DNA from: Porphyridium purpureum
Lineage: Eukaryota
Direction of reading: 5' to 3'
Assembly (NCBI GenBank): GCA_008690995.1
Contig: VRMN01000014.1
Coordinates: 1-64,000 of the forward strand
Length of the DNA stretch: 64,000 bases
The translations under genes and the position numbers were made by a program. Positions 31,578 to 42,700 of this stretch are shown in pieces. The notes beneath the pieces are model-generated. The model was not told the origin of the DNA, did not search any database, and saw only the letters and a list, made by a program, of their open reading frames with translations. Position 1 is the stretch's first letter; each line of letters begins with the position of its first letter.

Positions 31578-34343
31578 ATGGGCAAGAAGGGGAAGAAGAC
31601 TGGCCGCGACCGCCAGGACAAGTTCTACCACTTGGCGAAGGAGCAGGGCTACCGCTCGCGCGCGGCGTTCAAGCTCGTGCAGTTGAACAAGCGGCACGAC
31701 GTGCTGTCGACCGCGCAACATGGCGTCCTGGACCTGTGCGCAGCGCCGGGAGGATGGATGCAGGTAGCGCGCAAGCTCATTCCGGCGCACGCGCCCTGCG
31801 TGGGCGTCGACCTGGTCCCCATTAAACCTATCGTCGGCTGCATTGCCTTGCAGCACGATATCACCTCGGAGTCGTGTCGTGCCGCGGTGAAGCGCGCTCT
31901 GCAGGAACACCATCAGTACAGAGAGCGCGTGGGGTCGGGCCAGGACAGCAAGCTGTCGCAGAAAGTGGACGTCGTGCTGAGTGACGGCTCGCCGAACATG
32001 GGAGCCGCCTGGATCCAGGATGCGTTCACGCAAGCTGAGGTGACGCTGGCGGCGCTCAAGCTCGCGGTCGAGTTTCTCACCCCGAACGGTGCGTTTGTGA
32101 CCAAGGTGTTCCGTTCCAGTGACTACCACTCGCTTCTGTTTGTGATGAACCAGCTCTTCGCAAAGGTATACGCGACAAAGCCGCAGGCGTCCCGCTCAAG
32201 CTCGGCGGAAATTTATCTCGTCTGCCTGGGCTTTCTTGCGCCGCAAAAGGTGGACCCACGCTTGCTTGACCCCAAAACTGTGTTCAAGGATCTTTCAGCC
32301 TTGAAGGCCGCGGCTGGCGACCCAAACAGCTCAGAGGCAAGGGCGATGCATGCACTCATTGCGGGTCGCAAGGTGAAGAAGGTTGCCGAAGGGTATGAAG
32401 ACGGCGCGGTACTTGTGCACAAGCGCGACTCTGTCCTGTCATTCATTCGCTCTAGCACGCCAATTCAACTACTCAGCGGTGTGCACTCCCTTCACTTTGA
32501 CGTTTCTGACGCTTCTGCACTTGAGGCGTCGGCGTCGGCTCCAGATGCCAGCGATCGAGCGCTCACAGACGCTGCTGCCGCGCGAGAAGCCGACGGCAAG
32601 AATGCAAATGACTCCTTTGCATCTGTGTCTGCCAGAGAGATGATGGATCTGGTTGCAAGTATGCCGGGCACCACGGAAGAGATTCGCGAGTTGTTCGCAG
32701 ACTTGCGCGTGCTAGGTCGTCGGGAGTTCAAGAAAATTCTGAAATGGCGCCAGGCTGTCCGCAAGGCGCTCGAAGAGTACGTCAAGATTGGCGATGTCGA
32801 AGACAACGCGTCAAGAACAGACAGCGAGGCATCACCAAATGCAGAAAGGGACGAGGAGGACGAGTTGGATGATATTCGAAAGCGCGTGGAGCAACGCCGA
32901 CGCCGTGAGCGCAAACGCGAAAGTAAGCTTCGAGTCAAGGCGCAGCGAAGAATTGATATGAAGATGGTGCTTCCGGATGATGAGCTGGACATGCCGACCG
33001 CTGATGGTCTTTTCAGCCTTGCGTTGGCGGAAAGGGCGAACAAGACGGTGCGCGATCGTGCGAAGGACTCATCTGTGCCAGTTGATAGTGCTACTGTACA
33101 GTACGAGTCCATCAGCGAGGACGAGGACGGCCTGAGTGCGGACGAGAGGCTTCAACGAGAGAAGGAGGAGAGCCGCGCGGCCGAGGCAGGCTCTGACAGC
33201 GAGGCCGATCCGTATGATGCTATTGAGCGACAGCTCGACATATTGTACGATGAATATCTTGATCGGAAAGGTTCTGGCAAGAAAACCAAGGCAGCTCAAC
33301 CTGACGACGCTGCAGCTCCCCAAGACGATTTGGAAATGGAGGTTGTGTCTGACGATGAGAGTGTTCTGTCATCCAACTCTGATGAGTCGAGCGGCGCCGA
33401 AGATGAGCCCGGGGTGAGGGGATCGAAGCGCATGGAAAAGGTCACAGAGCTTACACCAGAAGCGGAGATTTGGTTCTCAAATCCGATTTTTCAACAAGGC
33501 ATCCGAGATGCTGGCTCCGATGCTCGACCAGCGCGCGACGACCGAAAGGATGCTCCTCGTGACTCTCGTCGCACCGAAGCTAAGCAGTTGTCGAGTCACG
33601 ATGCAGGGAATGGTGTCGATTCGCCGAGCCTTCGTGCCACGAAGAAACAGGCAAAATCGGCTGACTCTGAGGGCGCATCGATCCCTGAGTTGAGTCACGG
33701 TGCCCCGGCAAATCAAGCAGGCGCAGAAGGCCGCCCGGAAATATTTGATCCGGCGAAATATACAGTGGATGAATTGGCAGAGATCGCAGCCATCGGCAAA
33801 AAAATGGTTCTTGGTGGAAAGCGGGCCCGGCAGCAGCTAGAGGACGACGCGTACAATCGGTACATGAAGAACGACGCAGACGAGATCCCACGTTGGTTTG
33901 GAGACGAAGATTTCTTGCACAGCCAGCGCATTATGCCCGTCACCAAGGCCGAAGTGGACGAAATGAAGTTGCGCATCCAAACGCTTGAGGCGCTTCCCAC
34001 AAAGAAGGAGCAGGAGGCAGTGGCGCGGAAAAAGATGAAGCAGGCCAGACGCATGGAAGTGGTCCGAAACAAGGCCAATGCTATCGTAAATCAAGAATCA
34101 TCGTCCAGCATTGAAAAGGTGCGGGCCATGGAAGCATTGTATAAGAACAGTGGTGTGCTGAAGAAGAAGAAGTCCTTTGCCGGCAAGACTTACATGGTGG
34201 CGAGTGCGGACGGAACGAAAAAGCAAGTTGGCAAGGGTGGACGTGGGAACCGCATTAAGTATGTGGACAAACGAATGCTCAAGGACAAGCGTGGGGCCGC
34301 GCGAGCAGCGAAAAAGGCGGGCCACAAGCGGCAAAAAAAGTAA
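31578..34343 (+). CDS. SPB1: Pre-rRNA 2'-O-ribose methyltransferase Spb1/FTSJ3
   Basis: MGKKGK...DKFYHLAKEQGYRSRAAFKL, LDLCAAPGGW, DG.PN.G..W..DA, FVTKVFRS, KPQASR..SAEI; Spb1 C-terminal DDAYNRY, P.WF, VDKRM.KD.R. Confidence 0.96.
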   Translation: MGKKGKKTGRDRQDKFYHLAKEQGYRSRAAFKLVQLNKRHDVLSTAQHGVLDLCAAPGGWMQVARKLIPAHAPCVGVDLVPIKPIVGCIALQHDITSESCRAAVKRALQEHHQYRERVGSGQDSKLSQKVDVVLSDGSPNMGAAWIQDAFTQAEVTLAALKLAVEFLTPNGAFVTKVFRSSDYHSLLFVMNQLFAKVYATKPQASRSSSAEIYLVCLGFLAPQKVDPRLLDPKTVFKDLSALKAAAGDPNSSEARAMHALIAGRKVKKVAEGYEDGAVLVHKRDSVLSFIRSSTPIQLLSGVHSLHFDVSDASALEASASAPDASDRALTDAAAAREADGKNANDSFASVSAREMMDLVASMPGTTEEIRELFADLRVLGRREFKKILKWRQAVRKALEEYVKIGDVEDNASRTDSEASPNAERDEEDELDDIRKRVEQRRRRERKRESKLRVKAQRRIDMKMVLPDDELDMPTADGLFSLALAERANKTVRDRAKDSSVPVDSATVQYESISEDEDGLSADERLQREKEESRAAEAGSDSEADPYDAIERQLDILYDEYLDRKGSGKKTKAAQPDDAAAPQDDLEMEVVSDDESVLSSNSDESSGAEDEPGVRGSKRMEKVTELTPEAEIWFSNPIFQQGIRDAGSDARPARDDRKDAPRDSRRTEAKQLSSHDAGNGVDSPSLRATKKQAKSADSEGASIPELSHGAPANQAGAEGRPEIFDPAKYTVDELAEIAAIGKKMVLGGKRARQQLEDDAYNRYMKNDADEIPRWFGDEDFLHSQRIMPVTKAEVDEMKLRIQTLEALPTKKEQEAVARKKMKQARRMEVVRNKANAIVNQESSSSIEKVRAMEALYKNSGVLKKKKSFAGKTYMVASADGTKKQVGKGGRGNRIKYVDKRMLKDKRGAARAAKKAGHKRQKK

Positions 34344-34924
34344 AGCGCCCTCCAGGCATGTTTATTCTGGGAATGCACGAGAATGATGTTCTGCTGAACG
34401 GCATGCGTGGGAAAATAAGTGAAGGAAAAAAAGAAATGGCAGAACGGAAAAGGGGATACTTTTTTCTCCTGGATCTTTGTGCGTTCGATGCAGCCGGGAA
34501 TTAAAGGGCACGTGGGTAAGTGCAGCTGCAGACCACGCATTTTTCTGTTCCGCACCTTTCTCAGCATCGAAGTGACGGAGGGTACTGGAATCGATGAGCA
34601 AGGCGCCCGCGAACGAACTTGAGCAGAGCACGCGAGGGAAACACGTTTTCCCTTCTTGTGAAGTTTTATCACCTCTTCACACCAGAGACTGAGCAAAGAG
34701 CTGATTCTCAACCCTGCTGGGCTACTATCCGAACTGTCGGAGACCTTGTCGCCCGCGCAATTTCAATTGGCGCCTCACTCCTTCCCTTTCCGATTGATCT
34801 TCCTCGAACCGTGCAAAGATGAAGTACAAAAGAAAGCCTGAACATGCATTGAGCTTTAAGTTTGGGTTTAATTTATGCCAAAGTCAAAGATCGACTTGAA
34901 GGGAGCTACGGGTCTGATCAACAC

Positions 34925-36103
34925 TCATCTTGCGCCCGTCTGCTTCGCACCGTAGAAGCTTTTCAGGTACTCGAGCTCCTTGCGCAGTGCCACATTCTCA
35001 AGCTCCAGCTTTTGTACATTTCTTGATCGCTTTTCGTTCTCGAACTGCAGTACGCACATGCGCTCGCGCTGTGACAGCCTTGAGCGCTCTGCCGCAAGCC
35101 TATTCTTGACAATCCGAATTTCCCTCTTGTCTGTTATTGTTTCGAGCTCGCGCTCAAGCCGCTCGATGTTCTCTGTGTTTTTCGAGAATTTTCTCTGCAC
35201 AGCCGAGCGTGCGTCCGCTAGAGCATCCGAGTCGTCGTCTTTACGCTGGGGAACAACTCTCTGTTTCTTCACTGTTTGCCGCTCGACGGGCTTTGGCGAG
35301 AGTAGCGGGCGGACATGCCCGAACTGTGGCAAGGAAGTCTTAACCGTGTGATCTGATGCTCCATGTGTGCCCTGCCCTGACTGTGCTGCCTGTGAGCCCC
35401 CATATGCATGTCCTTGATGTTCTACAAGCCCCTTTCGATTTTGTGCCTGATACTGAGATTGGTCATTTTGCATGTGCTCGTTCTCATGATGTTTCACATG
35501 ATGCAGAGCACGCGCGTGCTGCTTCTCCATTTGCTCCTGGCGTCCTAGTCGGTCATGATACGTACGGCGCTGCTCGTCCATCACGCGAGGAGGGGTGGCC
35601 AGATTCGCCACTTGTCGTTGCTGCGACGAGCGCGCATTGCACATGTGCGCTTCAAGCGGAAGGCTGGATGCGCGACGAGCGCTCCCCAGAGCAGAGGGCT
35701 CGGCCTTGAACGGCACGCCCGGGCGCCTGGGTGTCGGAGGGAGACCCGAGCTCACCGGTGCTGCGGCGGTCGACATCTCGACGCCGAGGCTCCGAGGCGT
35801 GGCATGGAACGGCGCGGCGTCGTGCGCCTGATGCGGAAACCCGCCCATGGGCGTGAGAAGCGGAAACCCGGACGTCATTCCTTCAAACGCGGAAGGCGAC
35901 GGCAGCGCCGCTAGGCGCTCTGCGATTAGCACTATTTCTTCTGCGGGCCGATTCACGCCCGCCGCTGCCCGCAGCGCTTCGCTGCTCGTGCTGGTGCTGC
36001 CGAGCTCGCTGTCGAACGATGTGTTATTTGTGGGCACTTGCAACATGCCTGGCATCGACGCCACGCGCTCGCGCAGCGACCGCTTCTTTTCGCGGCTGCT
36101 CAT
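34925..36103 (-). CDS. bZIP transcription factor
   Basis: KREIRIVKNRLAAERSRLSQR basic region followed by Leu heptads; ATG 36103 taken as likely start. Confidence 0.85.
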   Translation of the reverse strand: MSSREKKRSLRERVASMPGMLQVPTNNTSFDSELGSTSTSSEALRAAAGVNRPAEEIVLIAERLAALPSPSAFEGMTSGFPLLTPMGGFPHQAHDAAPFHATPRSLGVEMSTAAAPVSSGLPPTPRRPGVPFKAEPSALGSARRASSLPLEAHMCNARSSQQRQVANLATPPRVMDEQRRTYHDRLGRQEQMEKQHARALHHVKHHENEHMQNDQSQYQAQNRKGLVEHQGHAYGGSQAAQSGQGTHGASDHTVKTSLPQFGHVRPLLSPKPVERQTVKKQRVVPQRKDDDSDALADARSAVQRKFSKNTENIERLERELETITDKREIRIVKNRLAAERSRLSQRERMCVLQFENEKRSRNVQKLELENVALRKELEYLKSFYGAKQTGAR

Positions 36104-37288
36104 GGCGTCGCGCGTCGAGGGGTCCTCGTACGCTTGAGACTCCCGCGCGCGCGAGCTCGGAGAGAATGCAACGCCAACCTCGCTCAGAGCGCCGCCACCG
36201 AGTTGCCAAGCCAAGGGACGGCACGACGCGCCAAGCTCGCCAAGCTCGCCCAGCGTGCCCGCAGCCAGCCACCAGCCGCGCTGACCAAAGATATAATACC
36301 GTGCGGCCGTGCCGCTGCGAGGTGAAAACACGTGTTGCGCCCCGCACGCGCGCACGTGGACCCTGCGCACAGACGCCTGCCAAGTCGCGCCGCAATCGCA
36401 CAAGCCCGCACGTCACACCCCGCACAGCGCGTCCCGTCTGTGTCAGCACCGCACCTGCCGGCCACCCGCGAGCGTCGCGCTATTTTTAGGCGCGCGCCGC
36501 TTACTACGGTGGGAACCCGCGCGTGCGGTGGAGCGTGGGATGCGTGGCGGGCTGGTGGCACGGAGCGAGTGCGTGCGCGCTGTGCTGCAGCTTTCCGTCG
36601 CCGCGGCTTGCTGCGCGCGGCCGCGGCTGCGACGCCGCCGAGCCGTGGTCAGCGGATGGCGTACAAGTGTCGTTGAGCTGCGCGTCAGTTCCGCGCGGCG
36701 GGCGCGGCGACCAACGCAGGCAGCGGCGCACCGACTCCTCGAGGCGGGCCCCGCGTACCGGCGCGTGATGCCACGCGGCAGCCGGTCGCGAGATTCATTT
36801 CCAGCGCCCGCTTGGTGCAGAAAGACTCCCTGGAGCCTGGTTCGGCCGCGTGTCAGGACGCCATTTGGCAGTGGGGCGATGGGGCTCGCGCAGAGACCGC
36901 GGCGAGCGAGTCAGACACAGGGGGCACGTCGAGCGCACGGTGAAGAGGGCGCCGCATGAAACAGGCAGAGTCACCTGAGCTGTGCTCAGGCAGAGCCTGC
37001 ATCGCCAGATGGCCGCCTGCACTGTCGCGCATGTTCAAGCCGGGCTGCTTTCAGAGTGGCCCTCTAGGTCGCCAGCCAACATTGATGATTCCCACGAGCA
37101 CCATTGCGGCGAGGCCAAGTCGTGTAACCCTGTGTGCAGTTCTCTGAGTTTACAAGTACCGCAAACGCTTGCCTGTGCAGTGGCACCCGACCGCACGACG
37201 GACGTGTGGCGTTGCAGCAGAGACCCATTCTTTGGTCCACGCAGTTTGCGCAAGCGCAACCGTGTGCGTCGCGCAAGTTCGCACACGC

Positions 37289-37336
37289 CGGTCTATCGGT
37301 CTGCCGGTCTATCGGTCTATCGGTCTATCGGCCCAA
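37289..37336 (+). repeat. Short tandem repeat, 8-nt unit CGGTCTAT
   Basis: Imperfect tandem copies in the intergenic region between divergent genes. Confidence 0.8.
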
Positions 37337-37730
37337 CGGTCTATCGGTCTATCGGACCTTGTGTCAGCTCGCGCGCATAACCACTGCACATGGCGTGCGG
37401 ATTGTCTATCAAATCGGGGCGGATTTACTTGCAGACGGCGCGCCCGCTTTTGGTGACGCGCGAGGCGCGTGCCGGCGCAAGTTCAAAAATAGAGCGCCGC
37501 ATTCCGGGGGCCAGGTGTGGCAGGGAAGAGGGAAGCGCGGTCCGCAGTGCAGCGCGCGCAAGGGGAGGAGCGCGCCGCGGGAGGGTTTCAGTCGCATCGC
37601 AGCTGCGACGTGTGCGCGTGGTCGAGGGCGAGGCGACCACGGCGTGGAGGCTCCGCGCCCGTCCGGTCGGCGCGCGCGCTCCTGCACAGAACGCGCTGCC
37701 CAGCGCTCCGCAGACGGCTGCAGCCCAGCG

Positions 37731-39733
37731 ATGGCGCAGTCGCGGCGCGCGGACATTGCCCTCGTGCTTGCCGTCCTCTGTGCAGCTGTGCGCGCAGAGC
37801 CTCGCCGGTGCACGCGGGCGTGTGGCTCAGGGAGATTCCCTCAAGCTCCGATGAGGATGTGAACGAGCCAAGCGGCTTGGTGGTCGTCGATCGCGCGGGC
37901 TACTCCATTGCCGTGGGCACCACGTCAGGCGATTTGGGACAGGAGGGCTTTCCGGTGACCAACAACGGCGGCTTGGATGTGTTCTTATGGTATCTGAACG
38001 CCACGAGCGGCGAGACGCTCCGCGTGCTTTTGATTGGGACCGATGGCGACGAGGTCGCGCAGGACATTGCGTACGACCGTGCGGGTGGTCGGATTGCGAT
38101 CTTAGGCTCGACGACGGGCCAATTTCCTGGCGCGCCAGACCTGCAGGGCTCGTCGGATATGTTCGTTGCCGTTTTAAATGACACGATAGAGAGTACGCCG
38201 ACCGTTTTCGTGGCCGGCACTCCAGGTCGGGACGACCCTGTGAAGGTGATTTTTGTTGCAAATCAGTACTTTATAGCGGTCGGCAACGGGCGCAACACGA
38301 CGCCGCAACCTACAACGGCACTGTTTCTGCGCATTGACGCCGACCTCCTGCAACTCTTGACTTCGGTGCAACTGATTACGCCCGAACCGGACGGCTACTT
38401 TTCCTTCCAGACCATCACACCCAAAGGCACCTTGTCTGGATTTGGGGCAACCTATGAGCTGTGGAACGTGAGCGAAGAATCGGACGCCGTGCAGACGTAC
38501 AATTTGACAGACTATTCGGTGACTTTTGAACCGATCGAGTCACGCGCTATGGAAGCAGTGCTTGCGAGTCCAAGCGGTAGAATTGTACGGCCGATCGATG
38601 GCTCGAATCTGGAGTACGCTCAAAATCGATACTACTATTTTGGCTCGTATCCGGGCTGGTCCAACCCACTGATTGAGCCCAACTCAAGTCTGGTGAACGT
38701 GACAAGAAACTACATTGGCTTTGAGGATGGCCGCTCGAGCAACGACAACCTCGTGGTCGGCAATGGCGAGAATGCGGTGATCGAACTGTATTGGCCGCCT
38801 ACAGCGCTCTCCATCGACCACACGGCCGCTGGGACAAGCAACACGTACTACGCCTTCCGGTCATTCCTGGATCGCGATGTCCTGAACGGCGGAATTGAAG
38901 TATGGGTGACCGGATGGGAGCAAGGCCCGTTGAGCCTTCTTGGGCCCACGCAGCAAGAAGTTATTGACTCGTTTGTACCGGGTGACAATTGGTTTTTAAC
39001 GTCGGCCACGCAGATTGACGCCGTTGACAAGACCTTCTTGATGTACGGACAGCGCTGGAATCTCACGGAGAGCCCGTTTGACTGCATGGGTTCGGAAATG
39101 CGCCGCAATATGTCGTGGGCAGTGGGCGTGAGCGACTCTGTCCTCGGGTACGCCGATCTCGGCACGCAATGCCCGGAGGCAAACGTGGACACGAAGCGCG
39201 GTGAAGATGCGGACGGCGATGGACAGGCATGGTACTACTACACGATTGGAGCCACGACAGGAAGTATGACGGGTCAGGTCAGAAACAACGCTGGCCAGAC
39301 AAACACGACTGTCGTGGTGGGGGTGCTCTTCAATCGCACCTTGTCGCTCGATTCGCCCGGCGAAACGTTTACGGTGCCGAGCATTGACGTAACGTGTGAG
39401 CTGCCGTGCATGAGCATTCCGCCGTCCATTCCGCCGTCGCCGAGCCCAAGTCCGAGCCCCAGCCCGACTCCGTTTATCCCCACACCGTCGCCGTCTCCAA
39501 GCCCGTCGCCGTCGCCGACGCCGTCGCCGACGCCAACACCGACGCCAACCATCGGGCCTCTTCCCGTGGAAGGTAACACAGACTGGGGCGTGATTGTGGG
39601 GAGCGTCATTGGAGCGGTTGCAGCGAGTGTGCTGGTGGTTGGACTCGGAGTGGCATTATTTACTTTTTGCGTGGCGGGCACAGCGAGCGCCGCAGGTGCC
39701 GCCGCTGCAGCCTCGACTGATTATTATGGATGA
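37731..39733 (+). CDS. Predicted single-pass cell-surface protein (signal peptide, beta-propeller-like repeats, Ser/Thr-Pro stalk, TM helix); frame discontinuity near 37800-37830
   Basis: MAQSRRADIALVLAVLCAAVRA signal-like peptide in one frame; main ORF has G.T.G...G..D.F repeats, (SP/TP)n and WGVIVGSVIGAVAASVLVVGLGVALF. Confidence 0.75.
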
Positions 39734-42700
39734 TCACACTAAGGTATAGTAATTGGAAACTGAAACTGAACTTGAGCGGTGCGGCTAAATGTGCTGAACG
39801 ATGCTTTCACGCTTGCTCCAGGCCAGACCTGTACGAAAACGCATTTTCGCTGCCCTTCTCACCTACTCAGGATTCTAGTCCTCTGGTGCCCGAAACGTGC
39901 TGTTCACAGGTTTTCGCTAGGACGGAAAAGGCGTTCCATGCCAGGGACCCAAATCATAAAGCGCTTCATTTTTGGACAAAAAAATCTTCACTCTCTAGTG
40001 ACAAACATGTCGCGATCTATGGCCGCAAAGCACTCTTCAGGACAGTACCTGAACACCTCGGCACCGCTCAGACTTACTCTGATGGTCCTGTTTGTGCTGC
40101 ACGTCTCGGGCCTGCACGTTTCATTGGCCAGGACAACTTTGGATCCACGCTGGCGTGCGTCGAACGCAAGCCACCTCTGAAAGCGACAATGGTCCTGAGA
40201 GACCCTCTCACGCGCGCGCAGTCTTTGCGTGGAAGATTTTGATCACGGCTGTACATCACGTTTAAAACCTCGAATGTAGGCCATATGATGAGGTTATTTC
40301 CGAACACAAGAGATTCAGCAAGCTACTTGTGATGCCCATCGATCCAGTTGCGCACATGTTCGCGAGCACGGCGTCCGGCACTACGAAGCGCAGAAAGCGA
40401 CAAGTACCTATCAGCGCCAGAAACAGGCATGGATCACGATTGTCTGAGAGTCCTGGCACTGCATGTTTCGGCAGAGTCGGAGCTGATGCGTGAAAGGCTC
40501 GCGTTTATTTTTGTACGGATAAAGTTGTCAGAACGACAATGTATGTGCAAATACTTTCGAGGGAGGTTGGCACGGGCGGCTGCCGACGACCTTACACGTG
40601 TTGTCTGTCTCTTCATCATATATGATTGCAGTATCATCATCGACAAGCCTGGATTCAGCGTTGATGACAGAAACCCAGTCTGACGTGCTATGAACCGGAA
40701 TGAGACGCTACCCTGTCAATGGAAAAGTGGCTTTCATCTGGTATCTGGGCTTTTGTACTCTTGTTTGCAGAAACGGATACTGAGCCGGCAGATGAGCTGA
40801 CACTCACCATGCCACGAACTATGATTTCCTCCACTGCACTTGTAGAAACTGCCACCGTCCTCCAATGTTGTGGAGGTAAGAGCAAACGACATGTGAAATA
40901 TGGTTTTTAGCTCATTGGCGAGGTTGGGCACAGAAGTAAACATCACGACACGGACGGAGCTAATGACAGAAATCCGTGTCTTATAATTTTGGTGCTTTTC
41001 TGGTCGGCAAGACTGCAAGGGAAGAGCTCCAAATGAAGTACAAGTCCGGTGAAAGCCCGTTTTTCCGAAAAATCTGAGACTTCTTTCATTTTTTGCATGC
41101 TATTCCTGCGCTGCTAGCGCCAAGAAATACCTTGGCAGCCACTACCAGCTTGCCCAAATTACAACGTGGTGCAGTGCTAGATTTTGGGACCGAGACCTTT
41201 CACGATTCGATTTCATTTGGAAGGTAAAAAACAAAAAGCCAAAGTAAACTATTGAGAGAGTCTTCAACTTTTGCAAATCCATAGGTGTCTGTGTGTTTGC
41301 AGACAAAGATTCAGGGTTTTATCGGTCAGTACTATGATGACTGGATGCATTCTCACTGCTATGACGGCTTACCATACAATTCGGCGTGCTAGCCCCAGTC
41401 CTTTCACCTGCGGCAGTCTCTTGCTTTACTTGCTTCCACGCCAAACACAGATCAAACGCCTTCTCCACGGCCCTCCTTGCCCAAAAGCCACAATATTCAA
41501 TAAACAATTAAAGATATTCCTTGTTCTTCTGTTTACAGGCGCCTTCGACCGACCTAGGCATCAAATGCTTTTCCAAGAATCCTAGCAAAGCAAAAACTCC
41601 TGATTTTGTGTCTGTTGCGCATGGTGCAGCAATTTATTCTACCGTAAAAAAAGGTTGAAACCAACCGCACGGGTCCATAGAAGAGATTTGGTACAGCAGA
41701 TTTCGTGTGCAAAAGACACCTGGCCATAGGAGACTTCGTCCCGCTTCTGGGTTTGGGTTGTCAGGCGATCATGCAAACGCATATTCATCCTTCCAGAGTT
41801 CGCCGGTGGAGCCGTTCTGGTCATTTGATTCAGAGTCCAATCATACATCCTTTGTGAAAGCAATCCTGGAACATTCAACTGAGCGAATTCGCAAAAACAT
41901 CGCAAATTTACGAACGGTCTAGGTTTCGATGCATTTTCCGTAAGCATTGCACCCTCAGAGATACCTCAAGATTTTTTCATTCTTGGCCAGCAGACCTGGC
42001 TTGACGTTTACCTTTCAGACGATGAGGAAGTGCGGAGATGGGTTAAACCCAGTGAACAACTTTGGCGCGCCACTCAATATAGCGCGGGAATATTTGGCCT
42101 TGTGTGATGCCAGCGTTAAGATTTTCGTGCTTGGTGGTATTTTGCGTGGTAATCTACATTACAAGCAGCAGCGCTGTTCGGACATGAACATTGAAATAAT
42201 GCTATGTCAAGTGGAAATGTGCCCCTAGTTCACCGCTTCCGATCGCGAAGGCCATCGTCTGTCCTTATCTAGCGCGTTCTTCCTGTAAATATCCGCTCGT
42301 CATCGCGCGAGATAATGTCGAACGCATGCCAGCCGTACATCAAGGCTTCGCTTTTGATGACTCTTGCCACAAACACAGGCTAAAGTTTGCCATTCTCGAC
42401 TCATTTTACCGTGTGGAGTGCCAATGGATACGATGAAGTGGTTCTCTCGGAAGTCAGGGTTTCTTGCGTCCCACTTGTGTCTGCGTACTGCTGCAGCACC
42501 GGATCAGATTGTGGCTCAGTGATACCCATCTCTTATGTAAGCAGCTCCGCGCGGATTAACCTTTCGCAATTAATATGTACGAGTGGCATTAGTGATTGTT
42601 TTGATAAACACATGCTCATTTTTTGCCGATTCCGGCTTCTGTCGATGCGAAAACTCCTGTCGCACGAATACGTTTCAACACGGGTGCTTCGCCTCTCGCA

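Noticed and set aside
36019..37862. Overlapping Arg/Ala-rich ORFs
   Set aside because: Expected in very GC-rich intergenic DNA; no protein motifs
39730..40500. Sulfotransferase-like fragment (VLRDPLTRAQS)
   Set aside because: Single short motif in a broken frame; insufficient support
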